From assembly GCF_001194135.2 (NCBI RefSeq), contig NC_068983.1:44638963-44702962 (forward strand): a stretch of DNA of 64,000 nucleotides, read 5' to 3'. The stretch comes from Octopus bimaculoides. Lineage: Eukaryota. The position numbers and the translations under genes were made by a program. Below the pieces are notes generated by a model. It made no database searches. It was not told where the DNA came from and saw only the letters and a program-made list of their open reading frames with translations. Shown here in pieces: positions 62,115 through 64,000 of the stretch; within the stretch, counting starts at the first letter, position 1, and each line of letters starts with the position of its first letter.

Positions 62115-63218
62115 TAATTTACCAATTTTTCTGCTATTTTAATGGCAATGCATCTTTGTGTCTGTGTTGGCCCAGCCAGCATCATTTGACAACTGATGCT
62201 GGTGTGTTTATGTATCTGTAACTTAGCAGTTTGGCAAAAGAGACCAATAAAATAAGTACTAGGCTAACAAAAAATAAGTCCTGGGGTTGGTTTCTTTGAC
62301 TAAAAACCCCTTTAATGTGGTGCTCCTGAATACACATCGTTGATTGGTTGAAATTACCCAAATACAACAACTTTAACACAAAATAACTTATAAAATACCA
62401 AATTTTGTCAAAATGTTCAGAGTAAACCGTGTTCTATGTGAGAAATTTTACCAGTATTCGAAATTTCAAACTGTTTAGTTAAAAAAATTTAATTAAAAAA
62501 TCTGTGATTGAGATGGAATAGATCCCAATTTTTTCTCCACAAATTCATACCTTCAAAGCAATGAGACTGGAAGCTGATTTTCAGATTTTTTTTACAGGTT
62601 TTTAAAAAATGCATATTTTGTGAATGAAAAAAAAACTAGATCCAAATTTAGAATGATTAATATTTCGTATAATTGTCGTTTTGAATAATTTTCATTCATA
62701 CAATNNNNNNNNNNATTTTTGAACAATGTTCACTGTGTGGGTAAGTAGCTTGCTTTCCAACCACATGGTTCCGGGTTCATTCCCACTGCGTGGCACCTTG
62801 GGCAAGTGTCTTCTACTATAGCCTCAGGCCAACCAAAGCCTTGTGAGTGGATTTGGTAGACAGAAACTGAAAGAAGCCCGTCGTATATATGTATATATAC
62901 GTATGTGTGTATATTTTTGTGTCTGTGTTTGTCCCCCCAGCATCGTTTGACAACCGATGGTGGTGTGTTTACGTCCCCGTAACTTAGCAGTTTGGCAAAA
63001 GAGACCGATAGAATAAGTACTAGGCTTTCAAAGAGTAAGTCCTGGGGTCGATTTGCTCGACTAAAAGGCGGTGCTCCAGTATGGCCGCAGTCAAATGACT
63101 GAAACAAGTAAAAGAGTATAATCTTTCTATTCACTTCATATCTTGAAATTCCATCCTGATACTATCAATTCTATCTCTTTCCAGTTCTGCCCTGTTCACT
63201 CTTGCTCTCTCATATGTA

Positions 63219-63250
<32 letters not shown>

Positions 63251-63928
63251 TTAGGTAGTAGCTCTCCTATGGTAAGAAACCAGTTCTGTTTCTGGTTCCT
63301 TCTCTCTCACTTTAACCCCTAGTCCCATAGCATAAAGCTGCTGCCTTCTCTACTATAGCCCTACTCGGTCAAAGAGGACCTTAGTATTGTAGGCTGCATG
63401 GTGACCTTACAAGTGCTGATGCTTTGAAAAAAAAAAAAAAACTGTCCAACCTGTGGAGTATGGACATTAAATGAGGTTGATTATCACACACACTCTCTCT
63501 CTCTCTCTCTCTCTCTCTGACTGAATTTGTTGATAAAAACGTTTAAAGCCAGCAGCAGGTCAAAAGGAAGGTAGATATTTTATCTGTCGACAAAATAGTA
63601 TAAAGGAAAGTATGTCTGTCTGAATGTATCTGTGTGTGAATATATATATGTGAAAGATGACACCCAAAAAGATAAGGCTCTAAACCTGACCTGTTTTCAG
63701 ATTTCCTTTTAAAGCGAGTAAAACAGAAGTAAATGTGAACTAAAAAAAAAGTATATAAACAACACAAAATTGTGAAGCAAAATAAAATTTTAAAAAATGC
63801 TTATAAAATAAATTATAATTAGAATATCAAACAAAAATGAATGAAAAGCAGAAGATAAGGGGAAATATTTAAAAAAATAAGTATTAAAAGGAAAGACAAG
63901 AAATTGAAGATTAAGTCTGTGTGTATGA

Positions 63929-64000
<72 letters not shown>

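Larger units (their letters stand above)
7490..62714. other. Assembly gaps (N runs) scattered across this span
   Basis: 7490-7941, 21897-21953, 30434-30734, 36576-37063, 38355-39045, 40410-40724, 53300-53791, 58723-59528, 61620-61719, 62705-62714; most abut microsatellites. Confidence 0.95.

Noticed and set aside
63690-63760. TTTTCAG acceptor as the next LysM exon
   Set aside because: The required phase-0 frame stops after three codons (ATT TCC TTT TAA).

Overview
Repeat-dense, AT-rich animal genomic DNA from a draft assembly with 10 N-gaps. The repeat repertoire (tRNA-headed SINEs, RTE/CR1 LINE fragments, Penelope-like terminal repeats, TA/CA microsatellites) matches what I recall of Octopus genomes; this is inference, not verified. 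One host gene is recognisable: the first coding exon of a LysM-domain gene of the LYSMD3/4 type (+, 32620-33015), whose next exon I could not find in the window. There is also an intact, intronless 86-aa ORF (+, 8741-9001) with promoter-like motifs upstream and AATAAA downstream. Weaker candidate exons lie on the minus strand (4906-4942, 18738-18826, 23416-23568, 31916-31931). The rest is transposon-derived: four SINE families, LINE fragments, hAT, piggyBac and Tc1/mariner MITEs (several with intact TSDs), foldback elements, a Helitron-like end and the 5' part of an LTR element primed by tRNA-Trp. The most unusual signals are the orphan ORF, a duplicated primer-binding site carrying about 38 nt of tRNA-Trp-like sequence, two families of minimal hammerhead-ribozyme motifs, and two isolated hairpins. 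Almost all ORFs in the supplied track are microsatellite, gap or antisense artefacts.
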